From the NCBI GenBank assembly GCA_016200255.1, contig JACQFA010000022.1:12963-76962 (forward strand): a stretch of 64,000 bases of DNA, in the 5' to 3' direction. Numbering within the stretch: position 1 is the first letter of the stretch; every line of letters starts with the position of its first letter. Below the pieces are notes generated by a model. That model saw nothing but the letters and a program-made list of their open reading frames with translations. It did not search any database and had not been told where the DNA came from. The position numbers were made by a program, and so were the translations under genes. This document shows positions 30,042 through 39,252 of this stretch, one piece after another. Source of the stretch: Nitrospirota bacterium (lineage in GTDB: Bacteria > Nitrospirota > Nitrospiria > JACQBZ01).

Positions 30042-30805
30042 AATGGCTTGAGCTGCTCGGAGTCAGGACGACGAAATTTATCGAGGAGGTCGGACAGGTC
30101 TTCCTTCTCTTTCTCCAGACGATCAAATGGTCGCTCCGTCCCCCGCTCGGATTTCGGAATATCTTAAAACAAATGGAAGAGGTCGGCGTCCGTTCCATTC
30201 CGGTCGTCCTGATCACGGCCGTCTCAACCGGCATGGTTCTGGCCCTTCAGAGCCATACCGGCTTCAAGCGATTCAATGCCGAGAGCCTGGTCGGAACCGT
30301 CGTGGCGCTGTCCATGACCCGCGAGCTCGGTCCGGTCCTCACGGCCTTGATCGTCGCCGGCCGCGCCGGCGCGGCCATGGCGGCCGAGCTGGGCACCATG
30401 CGCGTCACCGAGCAGATTGATGCCTTGAGCACGATGGCCGCGAACCCGATCAAATACCTGATCGTCCCGAGGCTCCTGGCCGGAATGCTGATGCTCCCGA
30501 TCCTGACGATCTTCTCGGACGCCATTGGCATCGCGGGCGGTTATTTTGTGGCGGTGCAGGTGCTGAATGTCAACCCGGTCGTGTATTTGCGGCGCACGAC
30601 GGATTTTCTGGAGTATGACGACATCTATGGGGGGCTGCTCAAGGCCTTTGTGTTCGGAATCATCATCGCCACGGTCAGCTGTTACAAGGGATTCAACACC
30701 GAGGGCGGCGCGGAAGGCGTGGGAAAGGCCACAACCGGCGCGGTCGTTCTTTCCTCCATGCTGATCCTGATTTCGGACTATTTTCTCACGGCGATACTGT
30801 TCTAA
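30038..30805 (+). CDS. mlaE: MlaE-family ABC permease
   Basis: RELGPVLTALIVAGRAG, ELGTMRVTEQIDAL, GAEGVG. Confidence 0.94.
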   Translation: MKWLELLGVRTTKFIEEVGQVFLLFLQTIKWSLRPPLGFRNILKQMEEVGVRSIPVVLITAVSTGMVLALQSHTGFKRFNAESLVGTVVALSMTRELGPVLTALIVAGRAGAAMAAELGTMRVTEQIDALSTMAANPIKYLIVPRLLAGMLMLPILTIFSDAIGIAGGYFVAVQVLNVNPVVYLRRTTDFLEYDDIYGGLLKAFVFGIIIATVSCYKGFNTEGGAEGVGKATTGAVVLSSMLILISDYFLTAILF

Positions 30806-30816
30806 GAGAAAGCGTC

Positions 30817-31575
30817 ATGGGCGAACCGATGATCCAGCTGATTGATCTCTACAAATCCTTCGGGGACAACCGCGTCCTCCAGGGTGTGAACCTGACGATC
30901 GAGCGCGGCGAGACGATGGTGATCATCGGCGGCAGCGGTTCCGGAAAGAGCGTGATCTTAAAACATATCATCGGGCTGATGAAGCCGGATCGAGGAAAGG
31001 TGATCGTCGTCGGTCAGGACCTGTCCACCTTGAGGGAGCGCGCCTTGGACGAGTTGCGGAAGAAGTTCGGAATGCTTTTTCAGTACGCCGCGCTGTTTGA
31101 CTCCCTCATGGTCTGGGAGAATGTGGGCTTTTCGCTCCGCCAGCAGACGCATTTAAACGATCGCGAGATCAAGCAGGCGGCCATTGAAAAACTGTCCATG
31201 GTCGGTCTCCGAGGCGTGGAGGATCGCATGCCGGCCGATCTCTCGGGAGGAATGAAAAAACGGGTCGGCCTGGCCCGCGCGATCGCGATGGAGCCGGAAA
31301 TTTTACTGTATGATGAACCGACAACCGGTCTGGATCCGATCATGGCCGACGCGATCAACGAATTGATCCTCGAGATGAAACGACGTCTTCAGGTCACGGG
31401 CGCGGCGATCACCCATGACATGACCAGCGCATACAAAATTGCGGACCGGATCGCGATGCTGTATCAGGGAAAAATCCAGGCGGTAGGAACACCGGACGAG
31501 ATCAAGAACAGCAGCAATCCGATCGTCCATCAGTTCGTGACCGGCAGTTCCATCGGGCCGATCAAGACGGTGTAA
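30817..31575 (+). CDS. mlaF: MlaF-family ABC ATPase
   Basis: GGSGSGKS, LSGGMKKRVGLARA, YDEPTTGLDP. Confidence 0.93.
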   Translation: MGEPMIQLIDLYKSFGDNRVLQGVNLTIERGETMVIIGGSGSGKSVILKHIIGLMKPDRGKVIVVGQDLSTLRERALDELRKKFGMLFQYAALFDSLMVWENVGFSLRQQTHLNDREIKQAAIEKLSMVGLRGVEDRMPADLSGGMKKRVGLARAIAMEPEILLYDEPTTGLDPIMADAINELILEMKRRLQVTGAAITHDMTSAYKIADRIAMLYQGKIQAVGTPDEIKNSSNPIVHQFVTGSSIGPIKTV

Positions 31576-31615
31576 ATGTCATGAATGGTTTAACAGAAAG
31601 GATGCCGTCCATCTT

Positions 31616-33061
31616 ATGCGATTAAGCGCTGAGGCCAGAGTCGGATTGGTCGTTCTGCTCGGGGTGATCGTCCTGACCTACATGACATTTACCGTGGGCG
31701 GATATCATTTCGGCCGTGAAACCGGCTATCGCCTCTTTGCACTCTTCGACACCGTCGCCGGCCTGGACGCCAAATCGGGCATCAAAGTCGCCGGTGTCGA
31801 GGTCGGGAAGGTCGAGGTCATCGCGCTGCAGGATGGACAAGCCAAGGTCACGCTGCGGATCAAGCCGGAGGTCAAACTCCGCAAAGGGACCGAAGCCGCC
31901 GTTCGGGCCACCGGACTTTTAGGCGAAAAGTATATCGAGCTCATCCCGGGGAAGAAAGAGGCTTATCTCAAAGACGGAGATTCCCTGACCGTCAGCGAGA
32001 AGGTGGCCGATCTGGACCGGCTGATCAACCAGTTCAGCGGAATCGCGGCCGACATCAAAATGGTCAGCGCCTCTCTGCGTGAAGCGCTCGGAACCGACGA
32101 GGGCAAACAGTCGCTCAAGGATATCGTGGCCAATATCCGCGAGCTCAGCCGGAATCTCAGCGTCACGGTCAAAGACAACCGCGAGAATTTCACGAAGGCC
32201 GTCGCCAATATCCAGGAGGCCAGCTCGTCTCTGAAAACGGACCTGCCGAAACTGATGGAAAGCCTCAACCGGACGTCCGAGAAGTTGGAGGCGATCGCGA
32301 CCAAGGTTGAGCGAGGCGAAGGGACGCTGGGCAAGCTTATTCAGGACGAGGGCATCTACAAGAAGCTCGATTCGACTCTGGAAGGCCTGAGCAACATCAC
32401 GAAGAAAGTTGAAAAGGGCGAAGGCACGATCGGAAAACTCTTTTCGGATGAAAAGGCCTACGATCAGATCACGACGGCGCTGGAAGGCCTGAGTAATGCC
32501 GTGACCCGCATCGAACGGTTCAAGACCGTCGTTGGATTCCGAAATGAATACCAGTTTGATTCTCACGAAAACAAAGGCTACTTTTCAGTCCAGCTCCAGC
32601 CCCGGGAAGACAAATATTACCTGCTGGAGCTGGTGGATGACCCTCGCGGACGGGTCACCCAGACCACCACGCAGATCGACAATAACCCGCCGGTCGTGGA
32701 GTACAACACGGAACACAGGCTAAAATTGAACGCCGAGTTTGGACGGCGATTCTCGGATCTGGGCCTTCGGCTGGGACTGATGGAAAACAGCTTCGGTGCG
32801 GGCGCCGATCTTTATCTCTTCAATGATGCCCTGAAGTTCAGCGCGGACGCCTGGGATTTTAACAGCGACGACCCGCTGAACAATCACCCCCATCTCAAGG
32901 CCACCGCCAGTTATTCCTTCTTTAAGTACCTCTTCGTGCAAGGGGGCTACGACAACTTTCTCAACCGGAAGATCGACACCGGTTTTGCCGGCGCTGGTCT
33001 CCGCTTCGAGGACGACGATCTCAAATACCTCCTCGGCAGCGGCATGCTGAAAGCGAAATAG
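31616..33061 (+). CDS. mlaD: Long MlaD/MCE protein with helical stalk and beta-rich C-terminal domain
   Basis: N-terminal TM; MCE domain (KVAGVEVGKV, GLLGEKYIEL); helical region; aromatic, alternating-pattern C-terminus. Confidence 0.88.
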   Translation: MRLSAEARVGLVVLLGVIVLTYMTFTVGGYHFGRETGYRLFALFDTVAGLDAKSGIKVAGVEVGKVEVIALQDGQAKVTLRIKPEVKLRKGTEAAVRATGLLGEKYIELIPGKKEAYLKDGDSLTVSEKVADLDRLINQFSGIAADIKMVSASLREALGTDEGKQSLKDIVANIRELSRNLSVTVKDNRENFTKAVANIQEASSSLKTDLPKLMESLNRTSEKLEAIATKVERGEGTLGKLIQDEGIYKKLDSTLEGLSNITKKVEKGEGTIGKLFSDEKAYDQITTALEGLSNAVTRIERFKTVVGFRNEYQFDSHENKGYFSVQLQPREDKYYLLELVDDPRGRVTQTTTQIDNNPPVVEYNTEHRLKLNAEFGRRFSDLGLRLGLMENSFGAGADLYLFNDALKFSADAWDFNSDDPLNNHPHLKATASYSFFKYLFVQGGYDNFLNRKIDTGFAGAGLRFEDDDLKYLLGSGMLKAK

Positions 33062-33115
33062 TCCAATGCAGTCAGATGTGAAACGGCAGCCGTCTGGGAT
33101 AGGGATGCCACCGGA

Positions 33116-33634
33116 ATGAACCGGACGGATCCACATAAAAAAGGCGTGATCCTCGTGGGACACGGAGCGGCGGCGAAGGACTGTCCGCGGGATCTGGTGA
33201 TGAAGCTGAAAGCACTGGAAGCCCAGCGACAGCGCGCGGGCGGAGAACCATCGATGGAGGAGAAGGAATTGGACGCGCGCATCCGGAACTGGCCGAGGAC
33301 AGCCCGGAATGATCCGTACAAGACCGGTCTGGAATCGCTCGCGGATCATTTGCGAGCGGAGCTGAACAGCACGGCGCTGGCCGTCGCCTACAACGAGTTC
33401 TGCTCCCCGTCTCTGGAGGAAGCGGTCGAAGGAATGCTTTCGAATGGGATCCAAGAGATCTCGGTCATCCCTTCGATGATGACGCCGGGCGGCGTCCATT
33501 CCGAGATCGAAATTCCGGATATCCTGGAGAAACTGAGGAAACATCATCCCGCCGCTAAAATTCATTATGCATGGCCGTTTGATCTGAGCCGTGTCGCCCA
33601 ATTACTCACCGAGCATCTCGACCATCGTCATTGA
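33116..33634 (+). CDS. CbiX/SirB-family chelatase (single domain)
   Basis: VILVGHG, AYNEFCSPSL, GGVH..IEIP. Confidence 0.82.
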   Translation: MNRTDPHKKGVILVGHGAAAKDCPRDLVMKLKALEAQRQRAGGEPSMEEKELDARIRNWPRTARNDPYKTGLESLADHLRAELNSTALAVAYNEFCSPSLEEAVEGMLSNGIQEISVIPSMMTPGGVHSEIEIPDILEKLRKHHPAAKIHYAWPFDLSRVAQLLTEHLDHRH

Positions 33635-33660
33635 CAAACCCGCCGTGAGTACAGTAACCT
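33631..33660 (+). promoter_or_regulatory. Putative ccm operon promoter
   Basis: TTGACA-N18-TAACCT, overlapping the cbiX stop codon. Confidence 0.5.
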
Positions 33661-33697
33661 TGCTTGCTTTATTCTAACCCGTGAGACGAGTCAGGCC

Positions 33698-34375
33698 ATG
33701 TACGGAATCCGAGGGATACAGCTCAGCCAATCCTACCGCCATTATCAGGTATTAAAAGAAGTCTCGTTTGAGGCGGCCCCGGGAGAATGCTATGCGTTGT
33801 TCGGTCCCAACGGCGCCGGAAAGACGACCCTCCTCAAGATTCTGGCGACGCTTCAGAAACCCTCATCGGGGCGGTTCGAGATGATGGGCCATGACGGAAT
33901 CCGGGACCGGAATCGGGTCCGCGAAATTCTGTTGATGATCGCCCACGGGTCGTATCTCTACAACGAACTGGACGCCGTCGAAAACCTCCGGTTCGCTCTC
34001 GGTCTTCGTGGGTTGTCCCCTGCGACCCGCGAAATCAAGCTTGCGCTGGACCGGGTCGGGATCGGTGCGTTTGCGGATTTCAAGATCCGTTCCTTCTCGG
34101 AAGGAATGAAAAAACGGCTCTCGATCGCCAGGGCGATGCTGGTCCGGCCCAAAGTGCTTCTGATGGACGAACCCTACTCGTCTCTGGATGAACGGGGCAT
34201 GAAGATCATGAACGACTTCATTCGGGAGTCCGCCGGGCAGGGGGCCGCCGTACTGATGACCTCCCACAACCGTGTCCAGTCGGCCGAGGTGGCCGGTAAA
34301 GCCGGGGTCCTGCTTCAGGGAGTGCTGCGTGAAATCGCCGTGAAGGATCTGGTCGCCGCCCATGAACTTTTTTAA
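33698..34375 (+). CDS. ccmA: Heme exporter ATPase CcmA
   Basis: GPNGAGKTT, FSEGMKKR, LMDEPY; first gene of the ccm cluster. Confidence 0.9.
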   Translation: MYGIRGIQLSQSYRHYQVLKEVSFEAAPGECYALFGPNGAGKTTLLKILATLQKPSSGRFEMMGHDGIRDRNRVREILLMIAHGSYLYNELDAVENLRFALGLRGLSPATREIKLALDRVGIGAFADFKIRSFSEGMKKRLSIARAMLVRPKVLLMDEPYSSLDERGMKIMNDFIRESAGQGAAVLMTSHNRVQSAEVAGKAGVLLQGVLREIAVKDLVAAHELF

Positions 34376-35039
34376 TGTGATCCGATGGCTCGCCTGGAAG
34401 GACCTCCTCAGCGAGTTGCGGAGCCGTGAGAACATCTCCTCGATGTTCTTTTTCGCGCTGATCGTCATTCTGATTTTCAGCTTCAGTTTTTCGATGGATC
34501 AGCAGACGGCGAAGGAACTGATGCCGGGCATCATGTGGGTGGCTTTCGTTTTCACGGGGATCATCGGCCTGGGCAAATCCTTCACGGCCGAGCTGCAGAA
34601 CGACTGCCTTGAAAATCTCCAGATGAATCCGATCCCGCGCGGCGCGATCTATCTCGGCAAATTGGCCAGCAACCTTCTTTTTATGCTGATCGTCGAGGTG
34701 ATTTTATTCCCGTTGTTCGTGATCTTCTTCAATCTGGACGTTTTTGAAAAGCTTCCGCTATTTGTGTTAATATTAACCACGGGCACCCTGGGAGTTTCGG
34801 CCGTCGGCACGCTTTTTTCGGCCATGACGGTCCAGATCCGGGCCCGCGAGGTGATGCTCCCGATCCTGTTGCTGCCGCTGATCGTGCCGGTCATGATCGG
34901 CGCGGTGGAAGCCACGGGAGGCGTGCTGAGAAGCGAGCCGATCTCGCTTTACCGTCAATGGATCGAACTGCTGATCATTTTTGATGTCATCTTCACGATC
35001 GTCTCGTTCTGGTTGTTTGAATTTATTCTGGATCATTAA
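34362..35039 (+). CDS. ccmB: Heme exporter permease CcmB
   Basis: KDLLSELRS, PGIMW, LPILLLPLIVP. Confidence 0.92.
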   Translation: MNFFNVIRWLAWKDLLSELRSRENISSMFFFALIVILIFSFSFSMDQQTAKELMPGIMWVAFVFTGIIGLGKSFTAELQNDCLENLQMNPIPRGAIYLGKLASNLLFMLIVEVILFPLFVIFFNLDVFEKLPLFVLILTTGTLGVSAVGTLFSAMTVQIRAREVMLPILLLPLIVPVMIGAVEATGGVLRSEPISLYRQWIELLIIFDVIFTIVSFWLFEFILDH

Positions 35040-35075
35040 AAGAAAAAGGGAGGGACGACGCAAGCCCCTGTAGAA

Positions 35076-35774
35076 ATGATTCGCAAAATTCGAAAATATG
35101 AAGGCTGGTTTGGAGCAACCGGAGCGGTTTGCATCGCGGTCGGCCTTTATTTCGGTCTGGCGGCCTCGCCTCCCGATTCGTATCAGGGCGAGGTGGTCCG
35201 GATCATGTACGTCCATGTCCCTTTTGCCAGCACCTCGATGACAGCCTACGGCGTTCTGACGGTGGCCAGCCTGTGGTATCTCTGGAAGCGGGACCCGTTG
35301 ATCGACAATCTGGCGCATGCCAGCGCGGGAATCGGCGTCTTTTTTACCTCCGGGGCGCTCTACACCGGCTCGATCTGGGGCAAGCCGACCTGGAACACCT
35401 GGTGGACTTGGGACGCGCGTTTGGTTTCATTCACCATTCTATTGTTGATCCTGATCGGTTATCTCATGCTTCGAACCTTCATCGAGGATAAGGAACGGGA
35501 GTCGCGTTACGCCGCCATCCTGGCGATCGTCGGCGCGGTGGATCTCCCCATTGTTCATTTTTCGGTCGAGTGGTGGCGCACGCTCCATCAGCCGCTTTCA
35601 ATCTCCCAGCGCGGGGTCGCGATCGCCGGCGTCATGCTCTATCCGCTCATCCTCATGTCGGTGGGCTTCTACCTGCTCTTTACTTATATGGTGGGAGTCC
35701 GCACCCAGATGCTCTATCTTAAGCAGCTGCTGGAGGCCAAAAAGGGCCGGCTGCTGGGCGAGGTTCATCTGTGA
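35076..35774 (+). CDS. ccmC: Heme chaperone-loading protein CcmC
   Basis: RIMYVHVP, WGKPTWNTWWTWDARL (WWD), SVEWWRTLHQ. Confidence 0.95.
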   Translation: MIRKIRKYEGWFGATGAVCIAVGLYFGLAASPPDSYQGEVVRIMYVHVPFASTSMTAYGVLTVASLWYLWKRDPLIDNLAHASAGIGVFFTSGALYTGSIWGKPTWNTWWTWDARLVSFTILLLILIGYLMLRTFIEDKERESRYAAILAIVGAVDLPIVHFSVEWWRTLHQPLSISQRGVAIAGVMLYPLILMSVGFYLLFTYMVGVRTQMLYLKQLLEAKKGRLLGEVHL

Positions 35775-35784
35775 GCCTATTCCA

Positions 35785-36279
35785 ATGAAGGGATTTTATC
35801 TCCGATGGACGGGATTGTTGCTGGTCGGCATCTGGATCGTTGCGGTCGGCGCACAGTACTATTACCGCGAGGTGCGGCCTCTCACTCCGGAACAAGTCGC
35901 AAGAGAACATCCCGCCGGATCCGTCCGCATGATCGGGATGGTCGAGGCCGGTAGTATGGTCAAGGAGGCCGCTTCCACCCAAATCCAGCTTTCTCTCATC
36001 GGAAACGGACAGCGGATCCCGGTCGTCTATGAAGGAAACGATCAGGACAGCCTCCGGGACATTAAGACCCTGGTGGTGGTTGGACGGTGGGATAATACGA
36101 GACAACGATTTATGGCCCAAAAAATCAATCTGATCCCGAATTACGGATTTATCACGGCGGCCTATCTGGTGATGATCCCCATGGCCCTTTTCCTTTTTGT
36201 GATGGAACGACGGGTCCGGTTGCTGTATAATGAAATCAAGTTGTCGAAGATTTACGAACCGGAGGTCGGCGGACTTTGA
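35785..36279 (+). CDS. CcmE-like OB domain (no HxxxY) fused to a CcmD-like C-terminal TM
   Basis: Aligns by eye to the adjacent CcmE (VRMIGMVEAGSM vs IRVGGMVVQGSM; IPVVYEG vs IPVDFEG), then YGFITAAYLV TM and a basic tail. Confidence 0.75.
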   Translation: MKGFYLRWTGLLLVGIWIVAVGAQYYYREVRPLTPEQVAREHPAGSVRMIGMVEAGSMVKEAASTQIQLSLIGNGQRIPVVYEGNDQDSLRDIKTLVVVGRWDNTRQRFMAQKINLIPNYGFITAAYLVMIPMALFLFVMERRVRLLYNEIKLSKIYEPEVGGL

Positions 36280-36728
36280 GCAAGGGCAAAAAAATAGGCC
36301 TGGTTTTCAGTATTCTCGTGATCGCGGGAGGGTTGTTTTACCTCGGTCTGGGCCAGTTCGGGAAAAACCTGGTTTATTTCTTCACGCCTTCCGAAGTGAT
36401 CGGGTTTAATCAGGATTACTACGGTAAAAAAATCCGGGTCGGCGGAATGGTCGTCCAGGGAAGCATGCAGGTCGTTCCCAATACGCTTAAGATCAGCTTC
36501 CGATTAACGGACGGCGCCGCCACGATCCCGGTCGATTTCGAAGGAATTCCGCCCGACCTTTTCAAAGAGGGGAAGGGCGCCGTCGTCGAAGGGTTTTGGG
36601 ATACACAAAAACGGTTCCATTCCAACCTGATCATGGCCAAGCATTCCGAGGACTACATGCCCATCGAAATGAAGCAGGCCGGGATCCAGTTTCCCAAGAA
36701 GGACCTTCTGAAAACCTTGCAGCAGTAG
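36276..36728 (+). CDS. ccmE: Heme chaperone CcmE
   Basis: YFFTPSE, RVGGMV, PDLFKEG, AKHSEDYMP (HxxxY). Confidence 0.95.
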   Translation: MSKGKKIGLVFSILVIAGGLFYLGLGQFGKNLVYFFTPSEVIGFNQDYYGKKIRVGGMVVQGSMQVVPNTLKISFRLTDGAATIPVDFEGIPPDLFKEGKGAVVEGFWDTQKRFHSNLIMAKHSEDYMPIEMKQAGIQFPKKDLLKTLQQ

Positions 36729-36751
36729 ATATCCAGCGAGCGAGAGGTTGC

Positions 36752-38698
36752 ATGTTTATTGAGATCGGTCATTTTGCCGTCATTCTGGCATTGGTTCTCT
36801 CCGTGGTCGGCATCGTCAGTCCCGTTCTGGGGCTGAAAACCAACCGGCCCGATTGGGTCCGGATCGGCCGACAGGCCGTCACGCTGAATTTCTTCCTCGT
36901 CTCGATCGGAATGGCCGCGATGATCTATTCCTTCCTCACCAACGATTATTCCGTCAGGTACGTCGCAGCCACCTCCAACAGCAAGCTCCCGATCTTCTAC
37001 AAGGTGGCCGGCTTGTGGGGAGGACATGAAGGCTCGCTGCTGCTCTGGGTCTGGATCCTGACGGCCTACAGCACCCTCGTGGTCTGGATGCATTGGAGAA
37101 CTCAGCCGGTCACGATGCCGTATCTGGTGTCGGTGCAGTCGCTGATCATGTTCGGATTCCTGGCGATGATCGTCTTCCTTTCCAATCCGTTCGAACGCAT
37201 TTTTCCTGTTCCACTGGATGGGAAGGACCTCAATCCACTGCTTCAGGATCCGGCGATGGTGGTTCATCCCCCGATGCTCTACCTGGGCTATGTCGGTTTT
37301 TCGATTCCGTTCGCCTTTGCGATGGCGGCCCTGTTCTCCGGGCGGCTGGGTGAAGAATGGATCAAGGTCACTCAGCGCTGGACGCTTTTCGCCTGGATGG
37401 CGCTGACGACGGGCATCCTGATGGGAGGGTACTGGGCCTATTACGAACTGGGATGGGGTGGTTATTGGGGCTGGGACCCGGTCGAAAATGCCTCGTTCAT
37501 GCCCTGGCTGGTGGGCACCGCGTTCTTGCACTCGGTGATGGTTCAGGAAAAAAGGAAGATGTTCAAAGTCTGGAACCTTTTTCTGATCATCGTCACCTTC
37601 TCTCTCTCTCTGATCGGAACCTTTCTCGTTCGGAGCGGCGTCCTGTCTTCGGTCCATAGCTTTGCGACCGACCCTGGACGCGGGTTGTACATCTTGGTCT
37701 TTCTATCCGTCATGTTGGCCTTGGGCTTTGGAACCCTCATCGTCCGTTCGGGGAAACTCAAAAGCCAGATCGAGCTGGACTCGATCATCTCCAAGGAGTC
37801 CGCTTTTCTCTTTAATAATCTATTTTTTCTGGTCGCGGCGGCGACCGTCTTTTTGGTAACCCTCTACCCGCTTCTGATCGAGACGCTCAAGACGGCCAAG
37901 GTCAGCGTCGGTCCCCCGTATTATAACGCGGTCTTCATGCCGGTGGCGCTCGGTCTGTTGCTGATGATGGGAATCGGGCCCTCGATCGCCTGGCGCAAGG
38001 CCTCCACGGATAACCTGAAGAAGAACTTTCTGCTTCCGACTCTCATCGCCGTCATCGCAACCGTCGCCGCCTGGCTGATCGGGATACGGACGGTTTTCGG
38101 TATGGCCGGCGCCCTGACCGTTTCCTTCGTGGCCTCGACGATCTTTATCGATTTCGCAAAAATTTCTGCGCTCTGGGCTCGGCGCCATGAGATCAATTAT
38201 CTGCTTGCGTTTTATCAAGCCTTCACCAACAACCAGCGACGCTATGCCGGTATCGTGACCCATATCGGCGTACTCGTCATGGTCGTCGGGATCATCGCCT
38301 CCACCGTTTACCAAGTTGAAAAAGTGGTTCCCATGCGCATCGGCGATACGATGCAGTTGAAAGAATACACGATCCGCATGGTCGGTCTGCATGAAGTCTC
38401 GGGCGCGAACTGGACGGCACAGGAAGGCCTCTTCGAGGTCTATAAAGGAGAGGAACTGCTCACGGTGCTCCGACCCCAGAAGCGGCTCTACCCCGTATCA
38501 CAAACCCCCACCACGGAGGCGGCCCTCTACACCATCCATCTTGGGCACGTATTTCTGACGATGCCCGAGGTCGGGTCGGACAGCGTCACCGTGCGAGGGC
38601 TGATCAATCCGCTTATCCTGCTGGTCTGGATCGGCGGCGGGATCATGGCCTTGGGCGTCATTCTCAATATTTTCAGACCCAGGATGAAGACACCGTGA
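36752..38698 (+). CDS. ccmF: Heme lyase CcmF
   Basis: WGGHEGSLLLW, HPPMLYLGY, WAYYELGWGGYWGWDPVENAS, SVHSFA. Confidence 0.97.
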   Translation: MFIEIGHFAVILALVLSVVGIVSPVLGLKTNRPDWVRIGRQAVTLNFFLVSIGMAAMIYSFLTNDYSVRYVAATSNSKLPIFYKVAGLWGGHEGSLLLWVWILTAYSTLVVWMHWRTQPVTMPYLVSVQSLIMFGFLAMIVFLSNPFERIFPVPLDGKDLNPLLQDPAMVVHPPMLYLGYVGFSIPFAFAMAALFSGRLGEEWIKVTQRWTLFAWMALTTGILMGGYWAYYELGWGGYWGWDPVENASFMPWLVGTAFLHSVMVQEKRKMFKVWNLFLIIVTFSLSLIGTFLVRSGVLSSVHSFATDPGRGLYILVFLSVMLALGFGTLIVRSGKLKSQIELDSIISKESAFLFNNLFFLVAAATVFLVTLYPLLIETLKTAKVSVGPPYYNAVFMPVALGLLLMMGIGPSIAWRKASTDNLKKNFLLPTLIAVIATVAAWLIGIRTVFGMAGALTVSFVASTIFIDFAKISALWARRHEINYLLAFYQAFTNNQRRYAGIVTHIGVLVMVVGIIASTVYQVEKVVPMRIGDTMQLKEYTIRMVGLHEVSGANWTAQEGLFEVYKGEELLTVLRPQKRLYPVSQTPTTEAALYTIHLGHVFLTMPEVGSDSVTVRGLINPLILLVWIGGGIMALGVILNIFRPRMKTP

Positions 38699-39252
38699 TC
38701 AAGACCTGGCATTTTGTTCTCGTGATCATCATTGCGGGAGTTTTGTCCCTATTCTATAAGGGACTTTGGGGCGATCCCCGTGCAATTCCGACCGTCCTCA
38801 TCGGGACGCAGGCCCCGATCGTCTCCGGACCGGAGGTTCGGACCGGTGAAATGATTTCAACCGGCCGGTTCCAGGGCAAGGTGATCCTGATCAATTTCTG
38901 GGCCTCATGGTGCCTAGAATGTCGTACGGAGCATGAAAATCTGTTGGCTCTCAATCGACGATTCGGTTCGAATCCGGATTTTGTGATGCTGGGGATCAAT
39001 TACCAGGACCGGGAGGAGGATGCCCGGCAATATCTTCAGGTCAACGGCAGCAACTTCGACCATGTCCGGGACCTGAAAGGGATGATCTCAATCGACTACG
39101 GCGTCTACGGCGTGCCGGAAACCTTCGTCATTGATCAAAAGGGCGTGATCCGCTATAAATATGTCGGCCCGCTCGTGGGTCAGGCCTACTCCTATTTAAC
39201 CGAATCGGTTCTTCAGCCGCTGCTGGAGCGACGACCTTTCCCGAGTTCATGA
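38695..39252 (+). CDS. ccmG: Thiol:disulfide oxidoreductase CcmG/DsbE
   Basis: NFWASWCLEC..EH, YGVYGVPETF. Confidence 0.92.
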   Translation: MIKTWHFVLVIIIAGVLSLFYKGLWGDPRAIPTVLIGTQAPIVSGPEVRTGEMISTGRFQGKVILINFWASWCLECRTEHENLLALNRRFGSNPDFVMLGINYQDREEDARQYLQVNGSNFDHVRDLKGMISIDYGVYGVPETFVIDQKGVIRYKYVGPLVGQAYSYLTESVLQPLLERRPFPSS

